In this document: one piece after another, positions 29,063 to 38,127 of the stretch | Layout: each line of letters starts with the position of its first letter | How positions within the stretch are numbered: the stretch's first letter is position 1 | DNA from: Bacillota bacterium | Lineage (GTDB): Bacteria; Bacillota; SHA-98; UBA4971 | Assembly: GCA_040752635.1 (NCBI GenBank) | Contig: JBFMGS010000002.1 | Coordinates: 12,618-58,831, forward strand | Direction: 5' to 3' | DNA length: 46,214 nt | Translations under genes and position numbers: made by a program | Notes under the pieces: model-generated | What the model was told of the DNA's origin: nothing | The model's input: only the letters and a program-made list of their open reading frames with translations | Database searches by the model: none

Positions 29063-29434
29063 CTATGCTGTAACATCACGAGAGCCTCCAGAAGTGCGTC
29101 TAGGCCGGGCATGCAGAAGGTGTCGCCGGATGATCCCGACGTTGGTGAAGATCCTTATGCTGAACGCCACGGTGGCGCCCAGGAAAAGGTCTACTCCGAG
29201 CTTGTCGCCAACCAGGGTCAGAGATGCCGCCAGTGCCATGTTCACTATGAAACCGGATACGAACACGACCCTGTCGAACCTGTCCTCCAGGCCCGCCCGG
29301 ATCCCGCCGCAAACAGAATCTAGCGCCGCCAGTATCCCGACGGCCATGTAGTCCGAGTAGACCGTAGGAAACCTCACGGGCGTGAAAAGTGCGATCACAA
29401 TTCCGATGAGAAGCCCCAATATCGGCAACATCAC
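29063..29434 (-). CDS. sbp: Small basic protein Sbp (DUF1290)
   Basis: Y.AVGILAALDS.CGGIRA, FVSGF..N, LGVDL, RIFTN..IIRR. Confidence 0.9.
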   Translation of the reverse strand: MMLPILGLLIGIVIALFTPVRFPTVYSDYMAVGILAALDSVCGGIRAGLEDRFDRVVFVSGFIVNMALAASLTLVGDKLGVDLFLGATVAFSIRIFTNVGIIRRHLLHARPRRTSGGSRDVTA

Positions 29435-30156
29435 TTCTGCGCCCCTTCCAAAACCGGCTTTGCGTACTGGAAGTACAGGCTCCCCTTGTACGCCGGAACG
29501 CGAACCGTGGTCACCTTCTGCACCTTCGCCTCAATACCCCACGTCCGGAGGGTGTCAAGGATTCCGTCGCGCATGCGAAGCGCGTTGTCCAAAGTCGTGG
29601 GATCGCCGATGGCGGTTATTTCATACGGAGGACCGATGCGGACGTTGTTGACGGAAATGACAGGGCCGGCGCACCTGACCTCAGTAGTGGCGATGACGCG
29701 CTGGCCGTTGATGGAGATCGCCTCTGCCCCCGCCGCGAAGAGCTCGTTCACGATCTTGAGGATGTCCTCGTCGTGCACGAGGAAAACCTCGGGGCTCTCA
29801 CCCGGCTCAGCCTGGCGTTTGCTGTCATCGAGCACGACCGTGACCCCCGGGCCCTCGACGGCTACAAGCCCTGCACCCATCCTGGCCTTCTCGAGTTCAA
29901 GCCGGACCGCCTCGGCCGCCCGCTCGCCTTCGCCAACCGCTGCAAGTTGCTTGCGCAGCGCATCGACCTCCTTCTCGAGAAGCTCGCGCTCTGCATCAGA
30001 CCTGCGCAGCATGTCGCTCAGGTCCTCGAGCCTCCTGGACGGGATTTGCGCGCGGCCTATATACTCTTGCGTTCGAAACTGCGCAACAAGGAGCACGCCA
30101 AGGACGACACACACCCCGGCGACGTAGAGCTCAAACTCCCGGGCCTTCTTCCTCAC
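29431..30156 (-). CDS. DUF881 family division-initiation protein (YlxW/YlxX-like)
   Basis: TM plus coiled coil, AG...VEGPG, VHDED, VNEL.AAGAEAISINGQR, PYEITAIGD. Confidence 0.9.
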   Translation of the reverse strand: MRKKAREFELYVAGVCVVLGVLLVAQFRTQEYIGRAQIPSRRLEDLSDMLRRSDAERELLEKEVDALRKQLAAVGEGERAAEAVRLELEKARMGAGLVAVEGPGVTVVLDDSKRQAEPGESPEVFLVHDEDILKIVNELFAAGAEAISINGQRVIATTEVRCAGPVISVNNVRIGPPYEITAIGDPTTLDNALRMRDGILDTLRTWGIEAKVQKVTTVRVPAYKGSLYFQYAKPVLEGAQK

Positions 30157-30221
30157 GTTCTCTCCCCCTGGCGAGGACCATAGATTCTCCCTAAATTATA
30201 CTACAGCCCGGGGGTTTGTCA

Positions 30222-31016
30222 CTATCTCCTGTCCCTCACAACCGGCCGTTTTTCGAACCTCACATCTATGTAAGTGGCCTGCCTTCCTTCCTCCTCGAGT
30301 CTGGACAAGATGGCTTCCAGCACTTTGATGCGGGAAGCTAGTTGGCGCAGGTCCCCTTCGCCCAGAATCACGCGAGTCCCGTACTGCATGTGCAAGGAAA
30401 AACCCCGCGCCGCGTCAAAGTTGATCTCCGACACTTGCGCAAGGAGTTTCTCGGGCAGGCTCTTGGCGATTCCAAGGGCCAACGAAAGCTCCGGCGCCTC
30501 TACCGTGTGGCCTACCCTCACTGCCTGCACCGCCAGCCCGGTCACCAAGGGCAGCCGGCTATCCCGGTAACCTTCGAGGAGCCCGACGGCAAGGCCCGTG
30601 TTGTCAACCTGGACGTAGTACCCGGCGTAGGGCAACACCGCTACCGGGACGCGTTCTTCTATCTCCACCATGATCGTGCATGGGAGGCGGCGCCGGACGA
30701 CGACCTTGTCCACCTTTGGGTTAGCCTTGATTCGACTGGCAATCATTGCGAGGTCAACATCGAAGATATTCTCATTCCGGCCGAGGCCGCACGACACGAT
30801 GATCTCCTGGGCCGTAAGGTCGCGGATTCCGTGCACCTCGATGTTCTCAACGTGAAAATAGGGGGACCTCAGTAACGTCAGCGCCGCGCTTGCCAGGACG
30901 AGAAGGATGAGCGCAGCAGCTGTAAGACGGCCTGTAATCGCATGTCGCGGCGATGCCGCCTCAGCGATATCTCCTTCGATGTCTCCTTCGGTCGGAAATG
31001 GTCCTCTTTCGTTCAC
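30222..31016 (-). CDS. ftsQ: Cell division protein FtsQ/DivIB
   Basis: TM, SPYF, POTRA domain, RRLP..I...IEER, YIDVRF. Confidence 0.88.
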   Translation of the reverse strand: MNERGPFPTEGDIEGDIAEAASPRHAITGRLTAAALILLVLASAALTLLRSPYFHVENIEVHGIRDLTAQEIIVSCGLGRNENIFDVDLAMIASRIKANPKVDKVVVRRRLPCTIMVEIEERVPVAVLPYAGYYVQVDNTGLAVGLLEGYRDSRLPLVTGLAVQAVRVGHTVEAPELSLALGIAKSLPEKLLAQVSEINFDAARGFSLHMQYGTRVILGEGDLRQLASRIKVLEAILSRLEEEGRQATYIDVRFEKRPVVRDRR

Positions 31017-31044
31017 CGTTTTACCCCTGACACTCCTGTCCCCG

Positions 31045-32319
31045 TCATCCCGCCTGGCGCTCAGCCTGCCCTACCCTCCTGATGGCGGCGCCGAGCTGGG
31101 CAAGCTTCCCTGGGAGATCCTCGTAGCCCCTGTCGATATGATGGACGCCGGAAAGTCGGGTCGTGCCCTGAGCGGCGAGCGCCCCCAGTATGAGGGCCGC
31201 GCCCCCGCGGAGATCCGGTGCCTCGACTTCGGCTCCGGACAACGCCGGCACGCCCTCGATGATCGCCACTTTGCCCTCCACCCTGATGTTAGCGCCCATC
31301 CTCCCAAGCTCGTCTGCGTACTTGAACCTGCTCGGGAAGATCGTCTCCGTTATAACGGACGTTCCCCGCGCGACGCTCATGGCAGCTGCGAACTGCGGCT
31401 GCATGTCCGTGGGGAACCCGGGGTAAGGCAAAGTCCGCACACTTGTAGCGCGGAGCCTCTGCGGCCCCTTTACGTGAACGTACGACTCTCCCTCGACGAC
31501 CTCCGCGCCCGCCTCGCGCAGCTTCGCCGTGAGCGCTTGTACGTGCTCGGTGATGACGTTCTCTACGCGGGCATCGCCACCTGTCATAGCCACGGCAACC
31601 ATGAAAGTCCCCGCCTCGATCCTATCGGGAATCACTGGGTAATCCGTCGCACCCAGGTTCTCTACGCCCTGAATCCTGATGGTGTCGGTTCCCGCCCCTT
31701 TTATCCTGGCGCCCAACCGGTTTAGAAAGTTCTGCTGGTCTACGATTTCCGGTTCCCTCGCCGCGTTTCTTATGGTGGTCGTGCCTTCAGCAAGACAGGC
31801 TGCGGTCATGATATTCTCGGTGGCGCCCACGCTCGGAAAGTCCAGGAGAATCTCGGCGCCCCGTAGCTTCTTTGCACAGGCGCAGACATAACCATGGTCT
31901 TCGCTGATATTCGCACCAAGAGCGGCAAAACCCTTCAGGTGCAGATCAATCGGCCGAGGACCTATGTTACAGCCTCCGGGCTGCCTGGCGCGGGCGTAGC
32001 CCCGGCGCGCGAGAAGCGGCCCCATGACCTGTATGGAAGCGCGCATCTCCCTTACGAGTTCCTCAGCGGGCTCCGAGCAATCTACGTAAGAAGGATCAAT
32101 GCTTATGGCGCCATCTAGCTGCTGATCAACTCGGGCTCCGAGACCGCGGAGCACCCCAACCATGGTGTCTACGTCTGTGATTCGGGGCACGTTGGAAAGC
32201 CTGCACACCCCTCCGGCCAACAAAGAGGCGGCCATTATCTTCAGAGCGGCGTTCTTGGCACCCCCAACCTTCACCGCCCCAGAGAGCGGCCTCAAACCGG
32301 TGATTACCAACTGCACCAC
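31045..32319 (-). CDS. murA: UDP-GlcNAc 1-carboxyvinyltransferase
   Basis: GAKNAAL, MRAS, PGGCNIGPRPIDLH (active-site Cys), SVGATEN, PDRIEAGT, YPGFPTDMQ, IDRGYE. Confidence 0.97.
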   Translation of the reverse strand: MVQLVITGLRPLSGAVKVGGAKNAALKIMAASLLAGGVCRLSNVPRITDVDTMVGVLRGLGARVDQQLDGAISIDPSYVDCSEPAEELVREMRASIQVMGPLLARRGYARARQPGGCNIGPRPIDLHLKGFAALGANISEDHGYVCACAKKLRGAEILLDFPSVGATENIMTAACLAEGTTTIRNAAREPEIVDQQNFLNRLGARIKGAGTDTIRIQGVENLGATDYPVIPDRIEAGTFMVAVAMTGGDARVENVITEHVQALTAKLREAGAEVVEGESYVHVKGPQRLRATSVRTLPYPGFPTDMQPQFAAAMSVARGTSVITETIFPSRFKYADELGRMGANIRVEGKVAIIEGVPALSGAEVEAPDLRGGAALILGALAAQGTTRLSGVHHIDRGYEDLPGKLAQLGAAIRRVGQAERQAG

Positions 32320-32337
32320 GCAGTCACCTCCGGACGC

Positions 32338-33249
32338 TCACCCTCCGAGGACCCTCAGCTCAGGTTCAAGCGTCACCCCGAATCTCGAATGTACTGCATC
32401 TTGCACCTTCTCCATCAGGGAAAGGACATCCTTTGCGGTGGCGCCGCCGGTGTTCACTATGAAATTGGCGTGGACCCGGGATACCTCGGCTCCGCCGACC
32501 CGTGTGCCCTTGAGACCAGCCGCATCTATGAACCGTCCCGCTCCTTCCCCAGCCGGGTTCTTGAAAGCGCATCCTGCGCTAGGAAGAGAAAGGGGCTGTC
32601 GCCTGGAACGTTCCTCGAGGTACCTCTGCATACGTTCAGCGATCGCGTCCGGGTCATCGTGTCGGAGCGCGAAGTCCGCTTCGACCAGGATGAGCGGATC
32701 CTGGAGCACCCTGGTGGTCTTTACGCCGGGTTCCAGCTCGTCCCGACCAAGCTCAAGGCAATGTCCCTCATAGGTTATGGCCCTCACCATCTGCACGACC
32801 TCGCATATAGAAAAGCCATATGCGGCCGCGTTCATGGCAATCGCGCCGCCCACGCTGCCCGGTATTCCGCTGGCGAATTCGAGTCCTGCGAGCCCCCACG
32901 ACGCCGCTTTGTGGCAGACCTCCGGCAAAGGTGTACCTGCCCCGCTTCTCACGACGCCCTCTTCCTCCCTGGTGACACCAGAGAAGGTGCCAGCGATTTT
33001 GATAACCGCTCCCCTCACCCCCTCGTCCCTCACGAGGAGGTTGGTTCCCGCACCGATCACGTAGAACGGCACCTGAAGATCGGAAAGGACCTGCAGTAGG
33101 GTTATAAGATCCTCTTTATCCTTGGGCAACACGAGTGCATCAGCCGGGCCGCCGATGCGGAACGAAGTGTGACGCCACATGGGCTCGTCGGCGTATACGT
33201 GCCCGCGGACCGCTTCCTTCAGCCGTAGAGCTAGGTTTGTGCTTGCCAA
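32338..33249 (-). CDS. murB: UDP-N-acetylenolpyruvoylglucosamine reductase
   Basis: HTSFRIGGPA, GAGTNLLV.D.G, GLEFASGIPGSVGG, QP...PSAG..FKNP, HANFIVN, LEPE. Confidence 0.93.
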   Translation of the reverse strand: MASTNLALRLKEAVRGHVYADEPMWRHTSFRIGGPADALVLPKDKEDLITLLQVLSDLQVPFYVIGAGTNLLVRDEGVRGAVIKIAGTFSGVTREEEGVVRSGAGTPLPEVCHKAASWGLAGLEFASGIPGSVGGAIAMNAAAYGFSICEVVQMVRAITYEGHCLELGRDELEPGVKTTRVLQDPLILVEADFALRHDDPDAIAERMQRYLEERSRRQPLSLPSAGCAFKNPAGEGAGRFIDAAGLKGTRVGGAEVSRVHANFIVNTGGATAKDVLSLMEKVQDAVHSRFGVTLEPELRVLGG

Positions 33250-34619
33250 TCGTTCCTCATCCTTTGTACTAGTTCTTGGGCGACGGTATTGATGTTGCCC
33301 GCGCCCATCGTCACTACGAGATCGCCCGGCTGTGCGACAGAAAGAAGCCAGGGCGCTATATCGCCGAGGTCGGCGATGAAGGTTACCTGTCGATCTTGGT
33401 ACGCTTCCACCGCTCGAGCTAGCTTCTCCCCGTTGACATCTGGTATGGGGTCCTCGCCCGTCCCTTGATGGAATATCTCGGTGATCACCACGACATCGGC
33501 CGCGAGAAACGCCCGGGCAAACTCGTCAAAGAGCAGCTTCGTCCTGGTAAACCGCTGGGGCTGGAACACCGCGATGATCCGCCTGCCAGTGGTTTCCTTG
33601 AGAGCCGTCAGAGTCGTCTTGATCTCGGTGGGGTGGTGCGCGTAGTCATCCATAACGAGGACGCCTCCAACTTCACCCAGGATCTCCGAGCGCCTTCTCG
33701 CCCCTCTGAAGACGGAAAGAGCCCGGCGCATAACCTCGAAGGGAACCCCGAGTTCCATTCCCACCGCAACTGAAGCAAGGGCATTAGATATATTATGCCG
33801 CCCTGGTACTGCAAGTTCCAGGCGGCCAAGCCGCGTGCCGCATAGTACCACGTCGAAGCTGTAACCCAGGCCCGAGATGGCTGGGCGTTCAGCCACAAGT
33901 TCCCCCGACGTTATGCCGTACAGGGTTTTCCTGCACCTGACTTCTTTTTCTATGGACATGACGCGCGCGTCGTCTGCCGCAAGAACAGCAAGGCCGTTTT
34001 CGGGCAGATGCGTGAGGAACGAGAGGAAAGCCCGGGTAATCGCATCGGGACTACCGTAATAGTCGAGGTGGTCGTTATCTATGTTGGTAACCACCGCGAT
34101 CTTGGGCCACAACTTGAGGAATGAACCAAATGCCTCATCTGCTTCCGCCACGACGAACTCGCTCTTGCCATGCCTTCCACCACCAGGGACTGTGTCCACT
34201 TCCTCCCCTAGTATGGCCGTGGGGTCCAGCCCGCCAGCTATCAGGACCGTGGCCACCATGGACGAAGTCGTGGTTTTGCCGTGGGTTCCGGTCACTGCGA
34301 TTCCGAACCTATCGTTCATGAGTTTTGCCAGCATCTCCGCCCGGGTTACCGTGGGAATGTCGAGCTTGCGGGCATGTGACACCTCAACATTATCCCGCGG
34401 GACCGCGGCGCTCACCACCACAAGCCCCGCACCCTCCACCGAACTTGCGCTGTGGCCGACCTGGACGCGAGCTCCGAGTGCGCCAAGCGCCCTGAGCCTG
34501 GGAGAGTCGGACACGTCGCTGCCGCTCACCACGAACCCCATCTCCAGCAACACTTTGGCGATGGAACTCATTCCGTGGCCCCCGATCCCCACAAAGTGGA
34601 TCCGGCCTTGCATCTTCAT
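33231..34619 (-). CDS. murC: UDP-MurNAc--L-alanine ligase
   Basis: HFVGIGG.GMS, GTHGKTTTS, EADE, NIDNDHLD, DDYAHHPTE, FQP.R, MGAG. Confidence 0.96.
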   Translation of the reverse strand: MKMQGRIHFVGIGGHGMSSIAKVLLEMGFVVSGSDVSDSPRLRALGALGARVQVGHSASSVEGAGLVVVSAAVPRDNVEVSHARKLDIPTVTRAEMLAKLMNDRFGIAVTGTHGKTTTSSMVATVLIAGGLDPTAILGEEVDTVPGGGRHGKSEFVVAEADEAFGSFLKLWPKIAVVTNIDNDHLDYYGSPDAITRAFLSFLTHLPENGLAVLAADDARVMSIEKEVRCRKTLYGITSGELVAERPAISGLGYSFDVVLCGTRLGRLELAVPGRHNISNALASVAVGMELGVPFEVMRRALSVFRGARRRSEILGEVGGVLVMDDYAHHPTEIKTTLTALKETTGRRIIAVFQPQRFTRTKLLFDEFARAFLAADVVVITEIFHQGTGEDPIPDVNGEKLARAVEAYQDRQVTFIADLGDIAPWLLSVAQPGDLVVTMGAGNINTVAQELVQRMRNDWQAQT

Positions 34620-34811
34620 GAAACCTACTCCTTCCCACCCGCGAGGTTCCGGGCGCCGGATGCAGCAGCAGCGGCAGCAGCAGGCGGGCAGATCGTATCA
34701 CGTATTCATGGTATGCCGCGCCGCAGGGCGCTGCCACACCGGCCGACCGGGGCCTGCAGCTTGTCCGCTTGCGAGGCTCCGTGTCCCGCCATGGCATCTC
34801 GAGACACACCT

Positions 34812-35927
34812 CTAGTGCCTCGATGCAAGCTGAGTGATGACGTCTACCAGAGCATCCGCAGCGCCGGGTCGGCCGAGCATCCGTGAGCTCCGGGACATGC
34901 TCTCAAGGCGCGCATCGTCGTCGAGCAGATCTTCGATGACACGCAGGAGGACTTCGCCCGTCAGTTCCCGCTGGAGCATCACCACGGCCGCACCGGCCCT
35001 CTCAAGAGCACGAGCGTTCTTCTCCTGGTGTCCTTCGGCGGCCCCAGGGAAAGGGATAAGCACGGCAGGCAGGCCGCGCGCTGTGATTTCGGCTATCGAT
35101 ATAGCACCCGCGCGGCTTACGACAAGGTCCGCGCATGCCATCGCTTTATCCATTTGGTACAGGTACGGCTCGACGATAAGCCGGGACACCCCCGCTTGAA
35201 GCACTCCCCTGGCTTCGAGCTCCCGCATGACCCAGGCGTGATCGTGCCTACCGGTTTGATAGATGACCTGAACGCCCCGCCGTTTCACAATGCCGGGCAA
35301 AGCGCTGACCATGGCCTCGTTTATAGCTCGTGCACCCTGGCTACCGCCGAACACAAGAACCGTAGGCCGGTCGCCGTCAAGACCCATCGCCTTCGCACCT
35401 TCGCGCCTCGTGGTGGTGAGGATGGACTGTCTTACGGGGTTTCCCGTTACTACCACCCGGGACTTTCGCGCAAGGTACCTGGCAGACTCGTCGTAAGTCA
35501 CGGCTACCCTGCTTGCAATGCGAGAGAGCACACGTGTGGTGGCGCCGGGAAGCGCATTCTGCTCGTGAATAAGGGTTGGAATACGCATCATCCACGCAGC
35601 GAGTACCACCGGGCCTGACACGTATCCCCCTGTGCCGACCACCACATCAGGTTTCTCCTGCCTTAGAATAGCAAGGGACTGAGCAAGACCCATGCAGGCC
35701 CGAAACGCTGTGAGGATGGTCTCCAGCGACAGCCTCCGCTTAAAACCCGCGACTTCTATCGTCGCCAGACGGAATCCTTCCCTCGGTACGATGTCAGCCT
35801 CAAGACCCTTGCTCGTGCCGATAAACAGGACCTTTACCCCCGGGTCCCTTTCAAGAAGCGTCTTCGCAATTGTGACGCCGGGGTAAACGTGGCCTCCGGT
35901 GCCACCCCCGGCGATGATTACTCTCAT
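34812..35927 (-). CDS. murG: Undecaprenyl-PP-MurNAc-pentapeptide GlcNAc transferase
   Basis: GGGTGGHVYP, GGYVS, HEQN, GNPVR, GGSQGA, RAGA, HQEKNA. Confidence 0.97.
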   Translation of the reverse strand: MRVIIAGGGTGGHVYPGVTIAKTLLERDPGVKVLFIGTSKGLEADIVPREGFRLATIEVAGFKRRLSLETILTAFRACMGLAQSLAILRQEKPDVVVGTGGYVSGPVVLAAWMMRIPTLIHEQNALPGATTRVLSRIASRVAVTYDESARYLARKSRVVVTGNPVRQSILTTTRREGAKAMGLDGDRPTVLVFGGSQGARAINEAMVSALPGIVKRRGVQVIYQTGRHDHAWVMRELEARGVLQAGVSRLIVEPYLYQMDKAMACADLVVSRAGAISIAEITARGLPAVLIPFPGAAEGHQEKNARALERAGAAVVMLQRELTGEVLLRVIEDLLDDDARLESMSRSSRMLGRPGAADALVDVITQLASRH

Positions 35928-35932
35928 GCGCC

Positions 35933-37051
35933 TCACCTGATAGAAGAGTATTTCGAGATGTTGAGCAGCACCCCTATGGAGGCGAGCGTGGTCACGAGCG
36001 AAGACCCGCCAAAACTGATGAGCGGCAGAGTTATCCCTGTAATCGGGAGGGTTCCTGAGACGACCCCGATATTGATCATGGCCTGAAGCACTATCATGCT
36101 GGTTATGCCCACCGCCAGCAGGCTGCCAAACGTGTCCGGCGCACCTATTGCTATTCGCAAGCCTCGCCATGCGAATAGAAAATACAGGACCACGACCGAC
36201 GCCGCCCCCACGAACCCAAGTTCCTCGCCGATTATGGCGAAGATGAAGTCCGTGTGCTGCATGGGAAGGTAGAGGAACTTCTGCCGGCTCCTGCCCAGGC
36301 CCACCCCCAGTATCCCACCAGATCCCAGTGCTAGAAGCGATTGGATGATGTGGAACCCTGAACCAAGCGGATCTTCCCACGGGTGGAGGAACGCGAGGAA
36401 ACGGCGTACCCTGTAGGGAGCAGCCATGGCCACTGCCACAAGGGCTGGAGCCCCCATGACCGCGAGGATCCCGAGGTGAGACAGGCTCGCTCCTGCAGCA
36501 AACATAAGCAACAACGAAATCCCGACGATGGTCCCGGCCGTACCCAGATCCGGTTCAAGCATGACCAGGCCGAACACGATCCCGAGGATCAATAGTGGCC
36601 CGAGGAGCCCCTCGGAAAAGCGTTGGATCCTATCGGTGCGGCCCGCGAGAAAGCTCGCCATGAAGAACACCATGACGATTTTAGCGACCTCTGATGGCTG
36701 AAAGGTCAGCGAGCCCGCCCCCAGCCACCTCCGCGAACCCCGAATCATTATGCCCACCCCGGGGACAAGCACTGCCACAAGAAGCACCAAGCTCAGAAGC
36801 AAAGCGGGCCACGCCAGCTTCCTCCACAGCCGGTAGTCCACCTCCATGGCGACGCACATGGCCCCAAGGCCGATGGCGGCCCAGGCAAGTTGCCTCTTGA
36901 GGAAGTAGTAGGTATCCCGGAAGATCTCATAGGCGCTCACTGAACTTGCGCTAAAGACCATGATAATCCCCAGGCTCAAGAGAGCAAGGGTGATGAGAAA
37001 GATCACGACGTCTGGCGCATGCTTCTCATGAGCTTTTCGTCTTGCCGCCAC
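35933..37051 (-). CDS. spoVE: SEDS protein SpoVE/FtsW
   Basis: MVFSAS, RRW, FQPSE.AK, EPDLG, GLG.S.QK..YLP..HTDFIF.IIGEELG, P.TG.TLP.IS.GGSS. Confidence 0.92.
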   Translation of the reverse strand: MAARRKAHEKHAPDVVIFLITLALLSLGIIMVFSASSVSAYEIFRDTYYFLKRQLAWAAIGLGAMCVAMEVDYRLWRKLAWPALLLSLVLLVAVLVPGVGIMIRGSRRWLGAGSLTFQPSEVAKIVMVFFMASFLAGRTDRIQRFSEGLLGPLLILGIVFGLVMLEPDLGTAGTIVGISLLLMFAAGASLSHLGILAVMGAPALVAVAMAAPYRVRRFLAFLHPWEDPLGSGFHIIQSLLALGSGGILGVGLGRSRQKFLYLPMQHTDFIFAIIGEELGFVGAASVVVLYFLFAWRGLRIAIGAPDTFGSLLAVGITSMIVLQAMINIGVVSGTLPITGITLPLISFGGSSLVTTLASIGVLLNISKYSSIR

Positions 37052-37149
37052 AGCTCTCACCCTCCCAAGCCACGTGGGCCAGATTACACAAATCATAAAC
37101 CCCGCCTGGGGTTGCCCCTCCCAAATTCGTAGTACTCCCCGTGCACACC

Positions 37150-38127
37150 TCAGAATGTCCGAAAACTTATCAGCCCGAGCACCGAGAAGATGAGCCCCAA
37201 AATCCAGAATCTCGTCACGACTTTCGGCTCCTGCCACCCGGACAGTTCAAAGTGATGGTGAAGCGGGCTCATCTTGAAGATGCGTCTGCCGCGCGTGAGT
37301 CTGAAGTAAGTCACCTGGATCATGACAGACAAGGTCTCGATGACGAACACGCCGCCAACCAGGAGTAACAGGAGTTCGGTCTTCGTAAGTATAGCGAGGG
37401 TTCCAAGCGCCGCACCAAGCGCAAGCGACCCGGTATCCCCCATTATCACCTGAGCCGGGTGGGAGTTGAACCACGAAAACCCCACACAGGACCCGGTAAG
37501 CGCGGCGGCGAACGCTGCTAGATCGCTTGCGCCGAGCGAGGCAGCGATGATGCTATAAGTGAAAGCCGCAAGAGCCACCGTGCCTGCGGCGAGGCCATCC
37601 AGGCCGTCGGTAAGGTTAACCCCGTTTGACGCACTGATCATCACGAGCACCGCGAATATCACGTAGCCGAGCCCGAGATCCACCTGGTGGTGCAAGAACG
37701 GAATACGAACCGAACTGCCGAGGTGGGGCTCAGTTATCGTGAAGAGGCCCAGAAGCCCGGCGAGAATGACCTGGGCGACGATCTTATACCTCGCGCGGAG
37801 TCCCAAAGGCCGCCTGGCTACAACTATGATGAAGTCGTCTGCGAGCCCGATAGCCCCGAATCCCAACGTTATAAAAAGAGCCCATGCCGCGTCGGTCGCC
37901 CTCTCAGAAAACAAGAGCGTCGCAACCAGGACCGCGATGAGTATCATGATGCCGCCCATAGTCGGCGTGCCCGCCTTCTTCTGGTGGGTAGCCGGCCCAT
38001 CGGTCCGTACCGATTGTCCGAATTTCATTCGACGCAATATCCTGATGGACGCGGGGGCTATCAGGACCACCACGGCAAAAGCACACAGGGCAGCATACAT
38101 CTCACGTAGCACCGGGCCCGCCTCCAA
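37150..38127 (-). CDS. mraY: Phospho-MurNAc-pentapeptide transferase
   Basis: GP..H.KKAGTPTMGG, DD, NGVNLTDGLDGL, MGDTGSLALG, ETLSVMIQV, PLHHHFE. Confidence 0.98.
   Translation of the reverse strand: MEAGPVLREMYAALCAFAVVVLIAPASIRILRRMKFGQSVRTDGPATHQKKAGTPTMGGIMILIAVLVATLLFSERATDAAWALFITLGFGAIGLADDFIIVVARRPLGLRARYKIVAQVILAGLLGLFTITEPHLGSSVRIPFLHHQVDLGLGYVIFAVLVMISASNGVNLTDGLDGLAAGTVALAAFTYSIIAASLGASDLAAFAAALTGSCVGFSWFNSHPAQVIMGDTGSLALGAALGTLAILTKTELLLLLVGGVFVIETLSVMIQVTYFRLTRGRRIFKMSPLHHHFELSGWQEPKVVTRFWILGLIFSVLGLISFRTF

Noticed and set aside
34662-34683. (GCA)7-like tract upstream of murC
   Set aside because: Short, interrupted and non-coding; no support for phase variation.
35928-36380. 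Long N-terminal extensions in the ORF track (murG, also mraZ, purH, sigG, ftsW, rluD)
   Set aside because: Artefacts of choosing the most upstream start; family N-termini and SD sites lie downstream.
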